From NCBI GenBank assembly GCA_903851045.1, contig CAINNF010000015.1, forward strand, positions 96,644 to 160,643: 64,000 nucleotides of DNA, in the 5' to 3' direction. The DNA is from Candidatus Adlerbacteria bacterium. GTDB lineage: Bacteria > Patescibacteriota > Minisyncoccia > Phycocordibacterales > SBAW01. Below are positions 54,390 through 64,000 of this stretch, piece by piece. The notes below the pieces were generated by a model. The model did no database searches. It was not told the DNA's origin and was given only the letters and a program-made list of their open reading frames with translations. The stretch's first letter is position 1; each line of letters starts with the position of its first letter. The position numbers were made by a program, and so were the translations under genes.

Positions 54390-54542
54390 AAAATTTGGAA
54401 CCGACGCACAATCACACTCGCAGGTCGACCTCCCTCACGAACTGAGGTTGGTCGTCACGTTTTGTTTCAGAGCCCGATAAAATGAAACCATTATACCTCC
54501 TTGGACCACTATCGCTGTCCAGTTATGTGACTGTCCACCTCC

Positions 54543-55241
54543 CTACTTCCTCCCCTCCCACTCAAGGAGGAACTGCTTCATGTAGGCTTGGAGGTATTGG
54601 TGCCTTTGTTTGGCGATCGATGTGCCGGTTGGGGTGTTCATGAGGTCTTTGAGGAGGAGGATCTTTTCGTAGAAGTGGTGGAAGGAGGAGCTCTCGAGTT
54701 TGCGGTAGTTGGCGGTCGTGTTGATTGGTTGGGGCTTTTTGGTCGGGTCGTAGAGGGGGCGGTGTTTGCTGCCGCCGAAGGCGAAGGCGCGGGCGATGCC
54801 TATCGCGCCCAGGGCGTCGAGGCGGTCGGCATCTTGCACGATGTGGAACTCCTTCGAGGCGTCGGTGCGTCGCTTGTTCAACGAATGACTGAAGGACATG
54901 TTTTTGATTATGAACAACACTTGGTCGATCACCTCCCCCGGCACCTTGTTTGCCTTCAAAAAGTTCTCGGCAATCGTGTAGTCGTCCTCCGCTTTTCCTA
55001 TCACCTTTCGGTCACCGACGTCGTGGAGCAAGACGGCCAGGTCGATGATGAATTGGTCGGCCTTCTCCTTTTTGTTGATGGTCCGGGCGTTGTTGTACAC
55101 CCGCTCGATATGCCACCAATCATGCCCCGTCCCCTCCCCCACGAGGGACTTCTTTACAAAGAGGACTGTTTTTTTGAGTATTGCTTGTTTGTTCATACGT
55201 TCAGTTAAAGAAGTCGTCTTATCGCTCTGGCTTGGCTCCAT
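54543..55241 (-). CDS. HD-domain phosphohydrolase (YedJ/YpgQ-like)
   Basis: Contains GHDWWHIERV, LLHDVGD and DADRLDALGAIG, all HD motifs. Confidence 0.75.
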   Translation of the reverse strand: MEPSQSDKTTSLTERMNKQAILKKTVLFVKKSLVGEGTGHDWWHIERVYNNARTINKKEKADQFIIDLAVLLHDVGDRKVIGKAEDDYTIAENFLKANKVPGEVIDQVLFIIKNMSFSHSLNKRRTDASKEFHIVQDADRLDALGAIGIARAFAFGGSKHRPLYDPTKKPQPINTTANYRKLESSSFHHFYEKILLLKDLMNTPTGTSIAKQRHQYLQAYMKQFLLEWEGRK

Positions 55242-55377
55242 TATACTGCCGAATCACCCCGGCTATGTTCCGATAATGTAGTGAGGAGGACGGTACGGTC
55301 ACGATTAGACAATATGACCCGAAACATATTTGGATACACAAAGCTCCTGTTGAAAAAAAGAAAACCGGATGCGTAGA

Positions 55378-55938
55378 CTAGTGGTTAAATTGGGTGGACG
55401 CCACTATCTTTCGTAACATATCTTCGTATGTACTCACTTCAGAATCAGATACGTTGGCGATATCGATGTACAAACGGTCGCCAGCACTATCGAAAGGACC
55501 TGACAGAGCCTCAATATCATTTGCGTTGTCGGGAGATCCGTTGACAACGACACCTTGGTTTCTGTGATGCCAAAGGAGTCCTGATGTGTTTCCGATTGAT
55601 ACCACCTCTGGCTTCCCCGTGTTGCTAGGTGTGATCATACCCTTATTCGCCTCAGTAATAATGTGTGTCGAACCAAAAATTACCATACCCTTCGGCACAC
55701 TACCCGTGATAAGTTTGCCGGTATCTGATCCTGTGGGAACATACATGGTGAGACTAGAGGGTACCTCAAAAGAAAACGTACCCTGAGGATCTGCGTATGT
55801 AACCCAGCCGTTTCCCATATCGGTTACACCACTCGCTACACCACTTTTGTGTGCACTCCAATACACACCACCTGCAATAACCAGAGCGAATATACTGAGC
55901 AGAAAGATGGTGGAAAAACCTTTTTGAAAATTGTTCAT
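55378..55938 (-). CDS. membrane-anchored extracytosolic hypothetical protein
   Basis: ATG at 55936-55938 (MNNFQKGFSTIFLLSIFALVIAGGVYW). Confidence 0.5.
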   Translation of the reverse strand: MNNFQKGFSTIFLLSIFALVIAGGVYWSAHKSGVASGVTDMGNGWVTYADPQGTFSFEVPSSLTMYVPTGSDTGKLITGSVPKGMVIFGSTHIITEANKGMITPSNTGKPEVVSIGNTSGLLWHHRNQGVVVNGSPDNANDIEALSGPFDSAGDRLYIDIANVSDSEVSTYEDMLRKIVASTQFNH

Positions 55939-56091
55939 GTGGATATTGTAGCTCCAATTAGCCGTCAGTTCCACCCTTTTGCAGAACTCGCCCCGTGGCT
56001 CACGCAAAATGACACAAGGCTCCCTCTCTTGTGCTGTCTTAGTCACGTGTGGCCCGCCACGCGTGAGTGAGCGAAGCGAACGAATTTTGCG

Positions 56092-56165
56092 TGGCTGCGA
56101 GACTAGGATTCGAACCTAGATAGACAGATTCAGAGTCTGTCGTCCTACCATTAGACGATCTCGCA
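56092..56165 (-). tRNA. tRNA-Gln (anticodon CUG)
   Basis: Manual cloverleaf: acceptor UGCGAGA/UCUCGCA (U1-A72, G73), D-stem CGUC/GACG, anticodon stem ACAGA/UCUGU with loop CUCUGAA, T-arm CUAGG-UUCGAAU-CCUAG. CCA is encoded. Confidence 0.8.
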
Positions 56166-56322
56166 ATGATCGAGGGAAAACCCGCGACGTAGCACCACAA
56201 TACCGAAAAATCGACAAAATCTCAACTCCTTGCCAGCCATACGGTATGTCACATATGGTCATCTACTTGACATAATACGATCCATTGGTACTCTACGTCC
56301 TAGATCGGTTGGAGAAATATCA

Positions 56323-56799
56323 ATGACACGCGAAGATCTGCTGGATGCGAAGGCGGCAGAACTACAAGAGGTTCTCGTGGCGTGGGCACGGGAACATGGC
56401 ATTTTGGGTGCAGGAGAAGAGTTAGTCTTTACTCTTCGTGTCCGCCCAGTCGTCACTGTCAGGAGGGACGAGTCGGACACCACCCTCGACTCTCCTGAAG
56501 CGTTACCGGTGAGCAATATCAAGTCTCATTATACGGGCACGTTCGTGCGACCGGCGCAGCTGGGCAATGACGACATGCGTTTACTTCTTGCCGAGTTGAC
56601 TCCACAGGCACGCAGCGAGATGCGGCGACTGCTTGTCGACTATAAGAACAATCCGACACGCATCTATTCCGCAGCAAGACAGCAGTTCAACAAGCGGCTA
56701 CAACGCAAGACTCTCGACGGCAAGTTCTACCGAGTCGTCTCGGTCGACAAGAAAAGTCAGTTGTGGGAAGTGCGGCCACCCCAGTCTGAGCGCTCATAA
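56323..56799 (+). CDS. hypothetical protein
   Basis: GGAG sits upstream of the ATG at 56323. A terminator (GGCGGTCACTAGTGACCGCC + TTTTTT) lies at 56848-56880. Confidence 0.45.
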   Translation: MTREDLLDAKAAELQEVLVAWAREHGILGAGEELVFTLRVRPVVTVRRDESDTTLDSPEALPVSNIKSHYTGTFVRPAQLGNDDMRLLLAELTPQARSEMRRLLVDYKNNPTRIYSAARQQFNKRLQRKTLDGKFYRVVSVDKKSQLWEVRPPQSERS

Positions 56800-57013
56800 C
56801 TTTTGCCACGATATTGGCGCACGACATGGTTGGGTTAGGAGTGAAACACGGCGGTCACTAGTGACCGCCTTTTTTGTTACGACTCAAGGTGTGCGAATGC
56901 TACGATATACCGTTCGGGGATGGCCGTCCTCACACTAAACCGGTCCATTTGACTTCGTTGTGCGGTGCGGTACTGTGTCGCATAGACTGCACCGCTCGAT
57001 AGAGGAGGATCCA

Positions 57014-58150
57014 TTGAGCACTTGTACGACCAAAAACGACTTTACCGACTTCGTGTCCCAGGTCGAACAGGGCGCAGGGTATGTTCGCCCACGCGCGTTC
57101 GGTATCGGCATCGCTTCACTCAGTAGTACCGGGGCCTTGTTGGATACCTGGTTTCCATTCCCCAATCACGAAGCGAACTACGGCACCGCCGCGGTACTTG
57201 CCGAAGCGTTTGGATATACCCACAGGCACGCCACCTTCTACAACTTCTCTGTTTCGGTCATCGATGACATACTCACTCGCTTCGCATGGTGCGAGGGCGA
57301 CGGCACAACCCACCACAATATCGTGGTGCTCAAACGCCTTCGCACACTTTTGCTGCACAGCAGTTCACCGACCGGGAAGGTCGGTGTCGTATGCTTCATC
57401 CCACCCGATGATCACGACGATGGTGCGCGGCATGGCGTTGCCGATGCCTACCTGCGCCTCCACCTGCTCAGTCATCGACTCGTGAAGCCGCACGGCATCA
57501 AGCTGAACGACATCTTCTCGACGCTGCCGAACAACTATTGGACCAACGAAGGCCCGATCGCCGAGGAGGATCTGGAGACGCGACGGTTCGAAGCGACAGC
57601 ACGGCGGTACCCACTGCTCGTGCATGGGCGAGATAAGTTCCCGCCATTGCTCGATTATGTGCAACCGACCGGGGTGCGTATCGCGGATGCGAGCCGGGTG
57701 CGGCTTGGCGCGTACCTCGGCCAAGGCTCGACCGTCATGCACGAAGGTTTCGTTAACTTCAATGCGGGCACACTCGGCGTTTCGATGGTCGAAGGGCGTA
57801 TCTCCTCCGGCGTCGTGGTCGGCACCAACTCCGACATCGGCGGTGGCGCTTCCATCATGGGGACGCTCTCCGGTGGCGGCAAGATGATCATCTCGATCGG
57901 CGAGCATTGCCTCATCGGCGCCAACGGCGGCATCGGCATCTCGCTGGGCGACCGTTGCACCATCGAGGCGGGTCTCTACGTTACCGCTTCGACCAAGGTG
58001 CTGCTCGAGGATGGGACGGTCGTCAAAGCGGCGACACTCTCGGGACACAGCGACATGCTCTTCATCCGTGACAGCCAGTCGGGCGCCGTGAACATGCGTC
58101 GCCCCAAAGGCCACGTTACGCTTAACGACACATTGCACAAGAACACCTAA
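57014..58150 (+). CDS. dapD: 2,3,4,5-tetrahydropyridine-2,6-dicarboxylate N-succinyltransferase (DapD, long form), TTG start
   Basis: GAGGAGG sits 5 nt upstream of the TTG at 57014. Left-handed beta-helix hexapeptide repeats (GVVVGTNSDIGGGASIMGTLSGGGKMIISIGEHCLIGANGGIGISLGDRC). Confidence 0.75.
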   Translation: MSTCTTKNDFTDFVSQVEQGAGYVRPRAFGIGIASLSSTGALLDTWFPFPNHEANYGTAAVLAEAFGYTHRHATFYNFSVSVIDDILTRFAWCEGDGTTHHNIVVLKRLRTLLLHSSSPTGKVGVVCFIPPDDHDDGARHGVADAYLRLHLLSHRLVKPHGIKLNDIFSTLPNNYWTNEGPIAEEDLETRRFEATARRYPLLVHGRDKFPPLLDYVQPTGVRIADASRVRLGAYLGQGSTVMHEGFVNFNAGTLGVSMVEGRISSGVVVGTNSDIGGGASIMGTLSGGGKMIISIGEHCLIGANGGIGISLGDRCTIEAGLYVTASTKVLLEDGTVVKAATLSGHSDMLFIRDSQSGAVNMRRPKGHVTLNDTLHKNT

Positions 58151-58287
58151 TACGCCAACGGCCATCCTTCACGGGGTGGCCGTTCTTTATTACATGTTCG
58201 GAATAGGTTTACTTGTCTCACGTACACATATCGTATGTATATGTCGAAACCTTGTGCTACCATTCCTTATAATAAACACTAAAGCAT

Positions 58288-59565
58288 ATGCGCACGAACA
58301 GCATCGACCAACTCACACGCTTCCTAAGACAGCCGATCGTGCTGTCCGTGGTATTGGGGGCGGCGATACTTGGGACCGGAGCGTACTACCTACTCCATCA
58401 GGCAACACCGCTCCCGCCTCACGATTCGTTGCAGACGCCGCCACAACGAACCTCCTCTGAGACTTCCTCATCCACACCAAACACTATAACCACCCACACC
58501 CCACCACAAGCCGATGAGGCTGTGGTCAGTTCGATATCGGACACAAATACTTCCGCCACCTACACTCCGCCACAAGCCGATGAAGCTGTGGTCAGTTCGA
58601 TCCGCTGGAAACCTCTTACGAACGCCAAACCGATGCGGGTGATAGACCGCAAGGACGACACGGTGAGCGTGTACGCCGTCGGGACCTTTACCACTGGCAC
58701 ATACAACAACAAGATACTCGCGCTGTATCGTGACCGCACCGGTGGTGACGACGCTGGGTATGGCTACTTTATTTCTGACGCATCGGGTACCCCTATTGCG
58801 TGGGATACATCGCTCTTGGTCGATTGCATGGAGATGGGAGGGTGCGCCCCGACGTACCCGGCTCAATGGCATGAAACCGCTGAACCAAAGATTGGCCTCA
58901 CCGATCTCTTACACACTACACTGTCCAGTGTCCCTGCCGAGTTATATACCGACTCCCCATTCATCACCCAGACCAAAAAAGCTTCTTTCCTTTCTGGCAA
59001 CGTGGACTTCACTGCCACCAACACACCAGGACAAGTCGTCGACATCACCGTGAGTGGCTCTACACTTGTGCGGACACTTGTCACACAAAGCGACTATCAA
59101 GCGCCATTCCTCCCTACATATGCCTATACGTTGCAACTGCCGTTCGGAGTTACCGAATCGGCATCGCTCGTGCCCCCATTCTTCGCGCACGACCCTTGGA
59201 AGCAGCGTCCGCCAGATATATCGTGGTCGACCGGGAGCACGAGCGTTGTCCGATATGATTGGTATACTCCCGAATATTATGCGGGACATGGTATACCAAG
59301 CTGTATGACCGGTATATCTTTTGCGCAAGCGCGAGCGGCGTTCATCATAACTGGCCACACAAAGGATGGCGAGCCTCTCTATGAAATAGACCCGGCCACA
59401 TATCCGAGCGTCAACCGATGTTTGAGTAAAGAAAGAGAAAGCACATCTACTCCGGACGAATTAGCCACGGCACATCCGCTCTTCTTCTGGCAAAGTCCGT
59501 ACGGCGAATGGGAAGCGTTTGTACGCTCCGACATACTTTCGACGGCGTGGTTTGGCCACGACTAG
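58288..59565 (+). CDS. membrane-anchored extracytosolic protein with internal 21-aa tandem repeat
   Basis: TM helix IVLSVVLGAAILGTGAYYLL. TPPQADEAVVSSI appears twice, corresponding to a 63-nt tandem repeat in the DNA. Confidence 0.55.
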   Translation: MRTNSIDQLTRFLRQPIVLSVVLGAAILGTGAYYLLHQATPLPPHDSLQTPPQRTSSETSSSTPNTITTHTPPQADEAVVSSISDTNTSATYTPPQADEAVVSSIRWKPLTNAKPMRVIDRKDDTVSVYAVGTFTTGTYNNKILALYRDRTGGDDAGYGYFISDASGTPIAWDTSLLVDCMEMGGCAPTYPAQWHETAEPKIGLTDLLHTTLSSVPAELYTDSPFITQTKKASFLSGNVDFTATNTPGQVVDITVSGSTLVRTLVTQSDYQAPFLPTYAYTLQLPFGVTESASLVPPFFAHDPWKQRPPDISWSTGSTSVVRYDWYTPEYYAGHGIPSCMTGISFAQARAAFIITGHTKDGEPLYEIDPATYPSVNRCLSKERESTSTPDELATAHPLFFWQSPYGEWEAFVRSDILSTAWFGHD

Positions 59566-59587
59566 CGTCGCGTGGGTATACACCAGG

Positions 59588-61243
59588 TCAGACGACGACC
59601 AGTGAGCCTGCCATGTGTTCTTTCGCGGCTTTGATGAACGCGACAAAGAGTGGGTGTGGGTTCAGTGGGCGCGATTGGAACTCGGGGTGGAATTGGGTGC
59701 CGACGAAGAACGGGTGTTCGGATTTGGGGAGTTCGGCGATCTCCATGAGGATCCCTGATGGTGACTTGCCCGAGAAGACCATACCACTCTTCTTTATGCG
59801 TTCAATGTATTCGGGATTCACTTCGTAGCGGTGGCGGTGGCGCTCGGTGATGGTGTCTTTTTTGTATGCATCATGCGCGATGGTACCCGGTGTGAGCACA
59901 CAGTCGTAGGAGCCCAGCCGCATCGTGCCACCATAATCGGCCTTGGTGAGCTTCTCGACCTGGTCGGGCATCACGTCGATGACCGGGTGCGGTGCCGCCT
60001 TGTCGATCTCTACCGTGTTGGCACCGTCGAGCCCTGCTTTGTGGCGGGCGGTCTCGACGACCGCAAGTTGCATACCGTAGCACAGACCGAAGTACGGGAC
60101 CTGGTGTTCGCGCGCATACTGCACGGCAGCAATGATACCTTCGACACCGCGAGTGCCAAACCCACCCGGCACGAGTACGCCGTTGTACGAGCCGAGGTCG
60201 TCCAGTTTGCCTGGATCCTTCTCGTATACCTCCGAGTCGAGGTAGGAGATCTGTAATTTGACATCATTTGCGTACGCGGCATGTTTGAGCGACTCCAGGA
60301 CCGAGATATAGGAGTCCGCGAGCACGAACTCGCCCGACTCGAAGTACTTCCCCACCACGGCTATCCGCAGCGTCTCACCGCCGTTCTTCGATTTCGCGAC
60401 GAACTGCTCCCACTGCGAGAGGTCGGTCGGCCGCCTGTCGAGCCCGAGCACATCGCAGAGGATGTCGCCCATACCGTCCTTCTCGTAGTTGAGCGGGACC
60501 TCGTAGATACTACTGACATCGGGTGCGGAGATGACGCGCTCGGGGAGGATGTTACAAAATATCGCGATCTTCTCCTTTCGCTTGGCATCCAAGGGCACTG
60601 TCGCGCGTGCGAGGATGACGTCGGCTTGGAGTCCCACGCCATTGAGCGAACGAGCGGCATACTGGGTCGGCTTCGTCTTCATCTCGCCGATATTGCCGGG
60701 GATAGGAACGTAGGAGAGCATCACGACGGCAACATCACGTGGATACTTTTGTTTGAGCATGCGCGCCGCTTCGAGAAAGATGATGTTCTGATACTCGCCG
60801 ATGGTACCGCCGACCTCGATCAGCGTGATGTCCGCGTTCGCACCCTTTTGCGCCTCACTGATACGGCGCAGCACCTCCAGCGGGATATCGGGCACCACCT
60901 CGACGTTCTTGCCGCCATACTCTAAGTTGCGTTCGCGTCGGATCACCTCCTGGTAGACGCGACCGGTGGTCATGTAGTTGATGCTCGGCAGTGTCGTGTC
61001 GAGGAAGCGCTCATAGTTGCCCATGTCCTGGTCGGTCTCGTAGCCGTCCTCAAGCACGAACACCTCACCATGCTCGGTGGGGTTCATCGTGCCCGCGTCG
61101 ACATTGATGTAGGGGTCGATCTTGATGGCGGTCACATTGAACCCTTTGGATTTTAAAATGCGTCCTATGGAGGACGTCGCGACACCTTTCCCGATACCCG
61201 ACATCACCCCACCAACCACGAAAATGTATTTCGGACTCGCCAT
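59588..61243 (-). CDS. pyrG: CTP synthase
   Basis: N-terminus MASPKYIFVVGGVMSGIGKGV, plus the GATase domain with GLCYGMQ and full-length collinearity. Confidence 0.95.
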   Translation of the reverse strand: MASPKYIFVVGGVMSGIGKGVATSSIGRILKSKGFNVTAIKIDPYINVDAGTMNPTEHGEVFVLEDGYETDQDMGNYERFLDTTLPSINYMTTGRVYQEVIRRERNLEYGGKNVEVVPDIPLEVLRRISEAQKGANADITLIEVGGTIGEYQNIIFLEAARMLKQKYPRDVAVVMLSYVPIPGNIGEMKTKPTQYAARSLNGVGLQADVILARATVPLDAKRKEKIAIFCNILPERVISAPDVSSIYEVPLNYEKDGMGDILCDVLGLDRRPTDLSQWEQFVAKSKNGGETLRIAVVGKYFESGEFVLADSYISVLESLKHAAYANDVKLQISYLDSEVYEKDPGKLDDLGSYNGVLVPGGFGTRGVEGIIAAVQYAREHQVPYFGLCYGMQLAVVETARHKAGLDGANTVEIDKAAPHPVIDVMPDQVEKLTKADYGGTMRLGSYDCVLTPGTIAHDAYKKDTITERHRHRYEVNPEYIERIKKSGMVFSGKSPSGILMEIAELPKSEHPFFVGTQFHPEFQSRPLNPHPLFVAFIKAAKEHMAGSLVVV

Positions 61244-61255
61244 GTACGTTGTGTA

Positions 61256-62188
61256 TTAAATTCGTAAATATCTGCGCACCGCCAAGAAACTCGCGATCGC
61301 CCCGAGCACCACCCCCGTCCCCACGATGATCAGGAAGAAGAGCGGGAAGTGCAGGAGGTAGTAGTTGAAGATGTTCACCCCGCCAAAGAAGTCGGCGGTC
61401 GCGCGACCGAGGTAGTAAGTGAGCGGGTAGAACAGCAGCAGCGTGAGGAGCCCCGCGATAAGACCATAGAGCATCCCTTCGACCACGAAGGGTGCGCGAA
61501 TGTATAGCTGGCCGGCACCGACAAGCCGCATGACCTGTATCTCGTCACGAGAGACATAGATAATGAGTCGGAAGGTGTTGAAGGATATCGCGAGCGTCGT
61601 CAGGATGAGTATGATAACGATGATAAGCCCTAGACGCTGGGACGACGCGGTGATGGTCTGCAGTTTATCGAGCGCCGCCCGGTGGCTCGCATCGAAGTAG
61701 TTTATCTTGTCGATGATGTTGGTGTTCCCAGTCGCGGCGTCCTGCTGTTGCCTCAGGAAATTCGCTATCGCGTCGTACTGCGAGATATCCTTCGCTTTGA
61801 TGTTTAGTACGGCACCCAGCGGGTTCGTCCCGAGCTCATCGAGCGCCTGGAGCGTCAGCTGGTCGTTCTGGTGGCGCGCACGAAAGGCGGCCAACGTATC
61901 GTCCGCCGAGACATACTCGACCGACTGCACCTGCGGTTGTGCTTCGACCGTCTGTTTGAGCGCCAGTATCTGGTCCTCGCTCGCGGTCGTCGTGAAGTAG
62001 ACGTTGATGTCGGCCTTGTCGCGCAGTTGCGCAAGCGTTGTCGTGAGTATGACGCCCGCGAAGATAGTGGTCCCCACCACGAACAGAGTGACCGTCATCA
62101 CGAGAATCGATGCAAGCGACACGAAGCCGTTCCTCCAGAAATCGAGGAAGCCCGCACGAATGACTCGCTTAATGGTGACAAGACTCAT
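61256..62188 (-). CDS. ftsX: cell-division permease-like protein FtsX
   Basis: FtsX topology: TM helix, periplasmic domain, then 3 TM helices. Directly downstream of ftsE. Confidence 0.85.
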   Translation of the reverse strand: MSLVTIKRVIRAGFLDFWRNGFVSLASILVMTVTLFVVGTTIFAGVILTTTLAQLRDKADINVYFTTTASEDQILALKQTVEAQPQVQSVEYVSADDTLAAFRARHQNDQLTLQALDELGTNPLGAVLNIKAKDISQYDAIANFLRQQQDAATGNTNIIDKINYFDASHRAALDKLQTITASSQRLGLIIVIILILTTLAISFNTFRLIIYVSRDEIQVMRLVGAGQLYIRAPFVVEGMLYGLIAGLLTLLLFYPLTYYLGRATADFFGGVNIFNYYLLHFPLFFLIIVGTGVVLGAIASFLAVRRYLRI

Positions 62189-62227
62189 CGCCTTCCAGTA
62201 TACCGCGCGATACGCACACGGGGCAAC

Positions 62228-62908
62228 TTACAGTATGTACTTCCCTTCCCGGTCGTCTCGCACCACACGACCGCGGTCCATGGTGATGACCCGCTTCTTC
62301 AGTGCATCGATGACCCCCTTGTTGTGCGTTGTGAGGATGATGGTCGTACCAAGATCGTTGATCTTTTTGAGGATCTGCACGATCTCGAACGTATTGACCG
62401 GGTCGAGATTGCCGGTCGGCTCGTCCGCAACGATGACATCCGGTTGGTTCACGATCGCGCGCGCGATCGCGACCCGTTGCTGCTCTCCACCTGAGAGCTC
62501 TCCTGGAAAATTGTTGATCTTGTCCTGCAGGTCGACGAGCTCGAGCACATGGGGCACGTCCGAGCGGATCTCGTCCTCGCTTCTGCCTGCCGCCTCCATA
62601 GCGAACGCGATGTTCTCGTAGGCGGTCTTGTTAGGTAAGAGCCGAAAGTCCTGAAAGACGGTACCTATCTTGCGGCGCAGACTGTTGATGCGGTGGAGCG
62701 GCACTTCGTGGATGTTCACCGACTCGAAGAAGACCGCACCATTGGTCGGTTTCTCCTCGGCGAGGAGCATCTTCACGAGCGTCGTCTTGCCCGCGCCGGA
62801 GTGCCCAACGATAGATATGAACTCCCCCGGTTCGACCGAGAAGGAGACGTCCTCAAGCGCAACAGAGTTGTCGGGGTATATTTTACTGACACGATCGTAA
62901 TATATCAT
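62228..62908 (-). CDS. ftsE: cell-division ATP-binding protein FtsE
   Basis: Walker [13 protein letters not shown] signature LSGGEQQR and Walker [16 protein letters not shown] at 62906-62908. Confidence 0.9.
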   Translation of the reverse strand: MIYYDRVSKIYPDNSVALEDVSFSVEPGEFISIVGHSGAGKTTLVKMLLAEEKPTNGAVFFESVNIHEVPLHRINSLRRKIGTVFQDFRLLPNKTAYENIAFAMEAAGRSEDEIRSDVPHVLELVDLQDKINNFPGELSGGEQQRVAIARAIVNQPDVIVADEPTGNLDPVNTFEIVQILKKINDLGTTIILTTHNKGVIDALKKRVITMDRGRVVRDDREGKYIL

Positions 62909-62997
62909 TGTGAAGAATGAAGGATAGGCGGGCGACTGTCCCATTGTAGTACGAGACAGTACCCCCATGCAAACCTTTCATTGGTCTTGCCGTGCAC

Positions 62998-64000
62998 CTA
63001 TCGTTCCTGATACAGCGGCAGGATCCCGACCGTCACCTGCGTTGACGAGGCTCCACACGTAAGCGTGAACGCTTGTGTGCCTGTCGGAGACACTTGTGTC
63101 GTTGTTGGAGTAATAAACCCTATCACACTGCCCGGTGTTGATGTCGAAATAGAAAGTCCGGGTCCGGTGAGCATGCAACTGGTCACATACTGAGCGGACC
63201 AGTTGAGCGTCGTCTGTCCCCCCGCCTGGGTATGCCGACTCGATGCGGTCAGCGATAGTTGTGGGGTACAGTAGGAGTTCGGGGGTGCGCTTACCGCGCA
63301 ACTGCAGTCGGTCTGGACGATCCCGGTCGTCGTGGACATGCCACATAGGTTCAACGCGGACGCAGAGCCGGTGCACTGTGCTCCCGGTGCAGGATTACAC
63401 GCTGGTGCGGATACGACTACGTTCGTCCATGACCCGCAGTTGTTCCCGGCGTTCGCTAGTGCGTTCAAGCCTTCGTTCGACTCGGTGACTTGACGATTAG
63501 TGCCATTCCTGTCCGCCATGTCGGCACACAGCCGAAGTGAGTACGTCGCTACGCTCGAAAATTGCGTCGTGAGAGAAGCGGTATCCGAGTTGCCGTTGGC
63601 AAGGGTGCTCATGGTAGAACCGGTAAGATCAGATACGGCGCCAGTGCCGCCTGGACCAGTCGCACTTTGGAAGAAATACGGGAAGGAACTACCCGTACCC
63701 GTGGTTCCAATGTTCGTAATCGTGCCCGAAAACGTTGCGGATAGGTTCTGCGTGGCGGTCGTCGGGGTGATGCTGCCTGTGACGGTTAGGTCTGGGAGAC
63801 CCGAGGTCAGTATGTTCGATCCTGTGGTGGTTGCACTACTGCCGCCCGCACCAATAGCGGATACGGCCCATTGATAGGTCGTGAAGCTTGCGGTAGGGAT
63901 GCCACCGATCGCGGGAACCGTTACCGTTTTAGTGCATCCTGCGCCGCTCGACGTCCAACCGCCCGATGTTGGACAGGGGGATATCCATGCGATATAGGAT
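62998..64000 (-). CDS. secreted Cys/Thr/Ser-rich surface protein (N-terminus outside window)
   Basis: The minus-strand frame is open from the window edge through to the stop at 62998. Low-complexity Thr/Ser/Gly sequence with many Cys. The ORF track shows only the part after the first in-window Met. Confidence 0.6.
   Translation of the reverse strand, partial: SYIAWISPCPTSGGWTSSGAGCTKTVTVPAIGGIPTASFTTYQWAVSAIGAGGSSATTTGSNILTSGLPDLTVTGSITPTTATQNLSATFSGTITNIGTTGTGSSFPYFFQSATGPGGTGAVSDLTGSTMSTLANGNSDTASLTTQFSSVATYSLRLCADMADRNGTNRQVTESNEGLNALANAGNNCGSWTNVVVSAPACNPAPGAQCTGSASALNLCGMSTTTGIVQTDCSCAVSAPPNSYCTPQLSLTASSRHTQAGGQTTLNWSAQYVTSCMLTGPGLSISTSTPGSVIGFITPTTTQVSPTGTQAFTLTCGASSTQVTVGILPLYQER

Noticed and set aside
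56880-57013. Lysine riboswitch upstream of dapD
   Set aside because: Only about 130 nt with one weak hairpin. It lacks the conserved LYS-element helices and motifs.

Overview
This 64 kb window is a gene-dense bacterial chromosomal segment of about 55% GC, with short intergenic spacers, frequent start/stop overlaps, and many small secreted or membrane-anchored Ser/Thr/Pro-rich proteins. The taxon cannot be named from sequence alone, but it has the look of a small-genome lineage. Recognisable core genes include pyrG, ftsE-ftsX, uppP, kup, dapD (TTG start), a cspA-family gene, a lexA-like repressor, a 2'-5' RNA ligase-like protein, NUDIX and HD hydrolases, and tRNA-Gln(CUG). Neither window edge falls at a gene boundary: a BaiN-like flavoprotein gene runs off the 5' edge and a Cys/Thr-rich surface-protein gene runs off the 3' edge.

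Several accessory features sit on top of this backbone.
- An AT-rich island (about 40% GC) encodes an OLD-family ABC-ATPase/TOPRIM nuclease directly downstream of the lexA-like gene.
- A TerY-P-like triad (PP2C phosphatase, Hanks-type Ser/Thr kinase, vWA/MIDAS protein) carries two unusual additions: a J-domain-like N-terminus on the kinase and a pyruvate-kinase/CitE-like TIM-barrel protein.
- A three-gene NQR/RNF-like extracytosolic flavinylation module: an NqrC-like FMN-binding protein, an ApbE flavin transferase, and an NqrB/RnfD-like membrane domain fused to an FNR-like domain.
- A cassette of small protein, Fic, an HExxH protein and a 360-aa unknown, bracketed by two identical 138-bp MITE-like elements next to tRNA-Gln.
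- A purC-purE fusion gene flanked by 35-bp direct repeats.
- A compositionally foreign marR gene.
- Two J-domain-like proteins with degenerate HPD motifs.

Many rho-independent terminators, several sigma70-like promoters and several perfect palindromes (candidate operators) are also annotated. No CRISPR array, rRNA gene or recognisable transposase/integrase gene was found.
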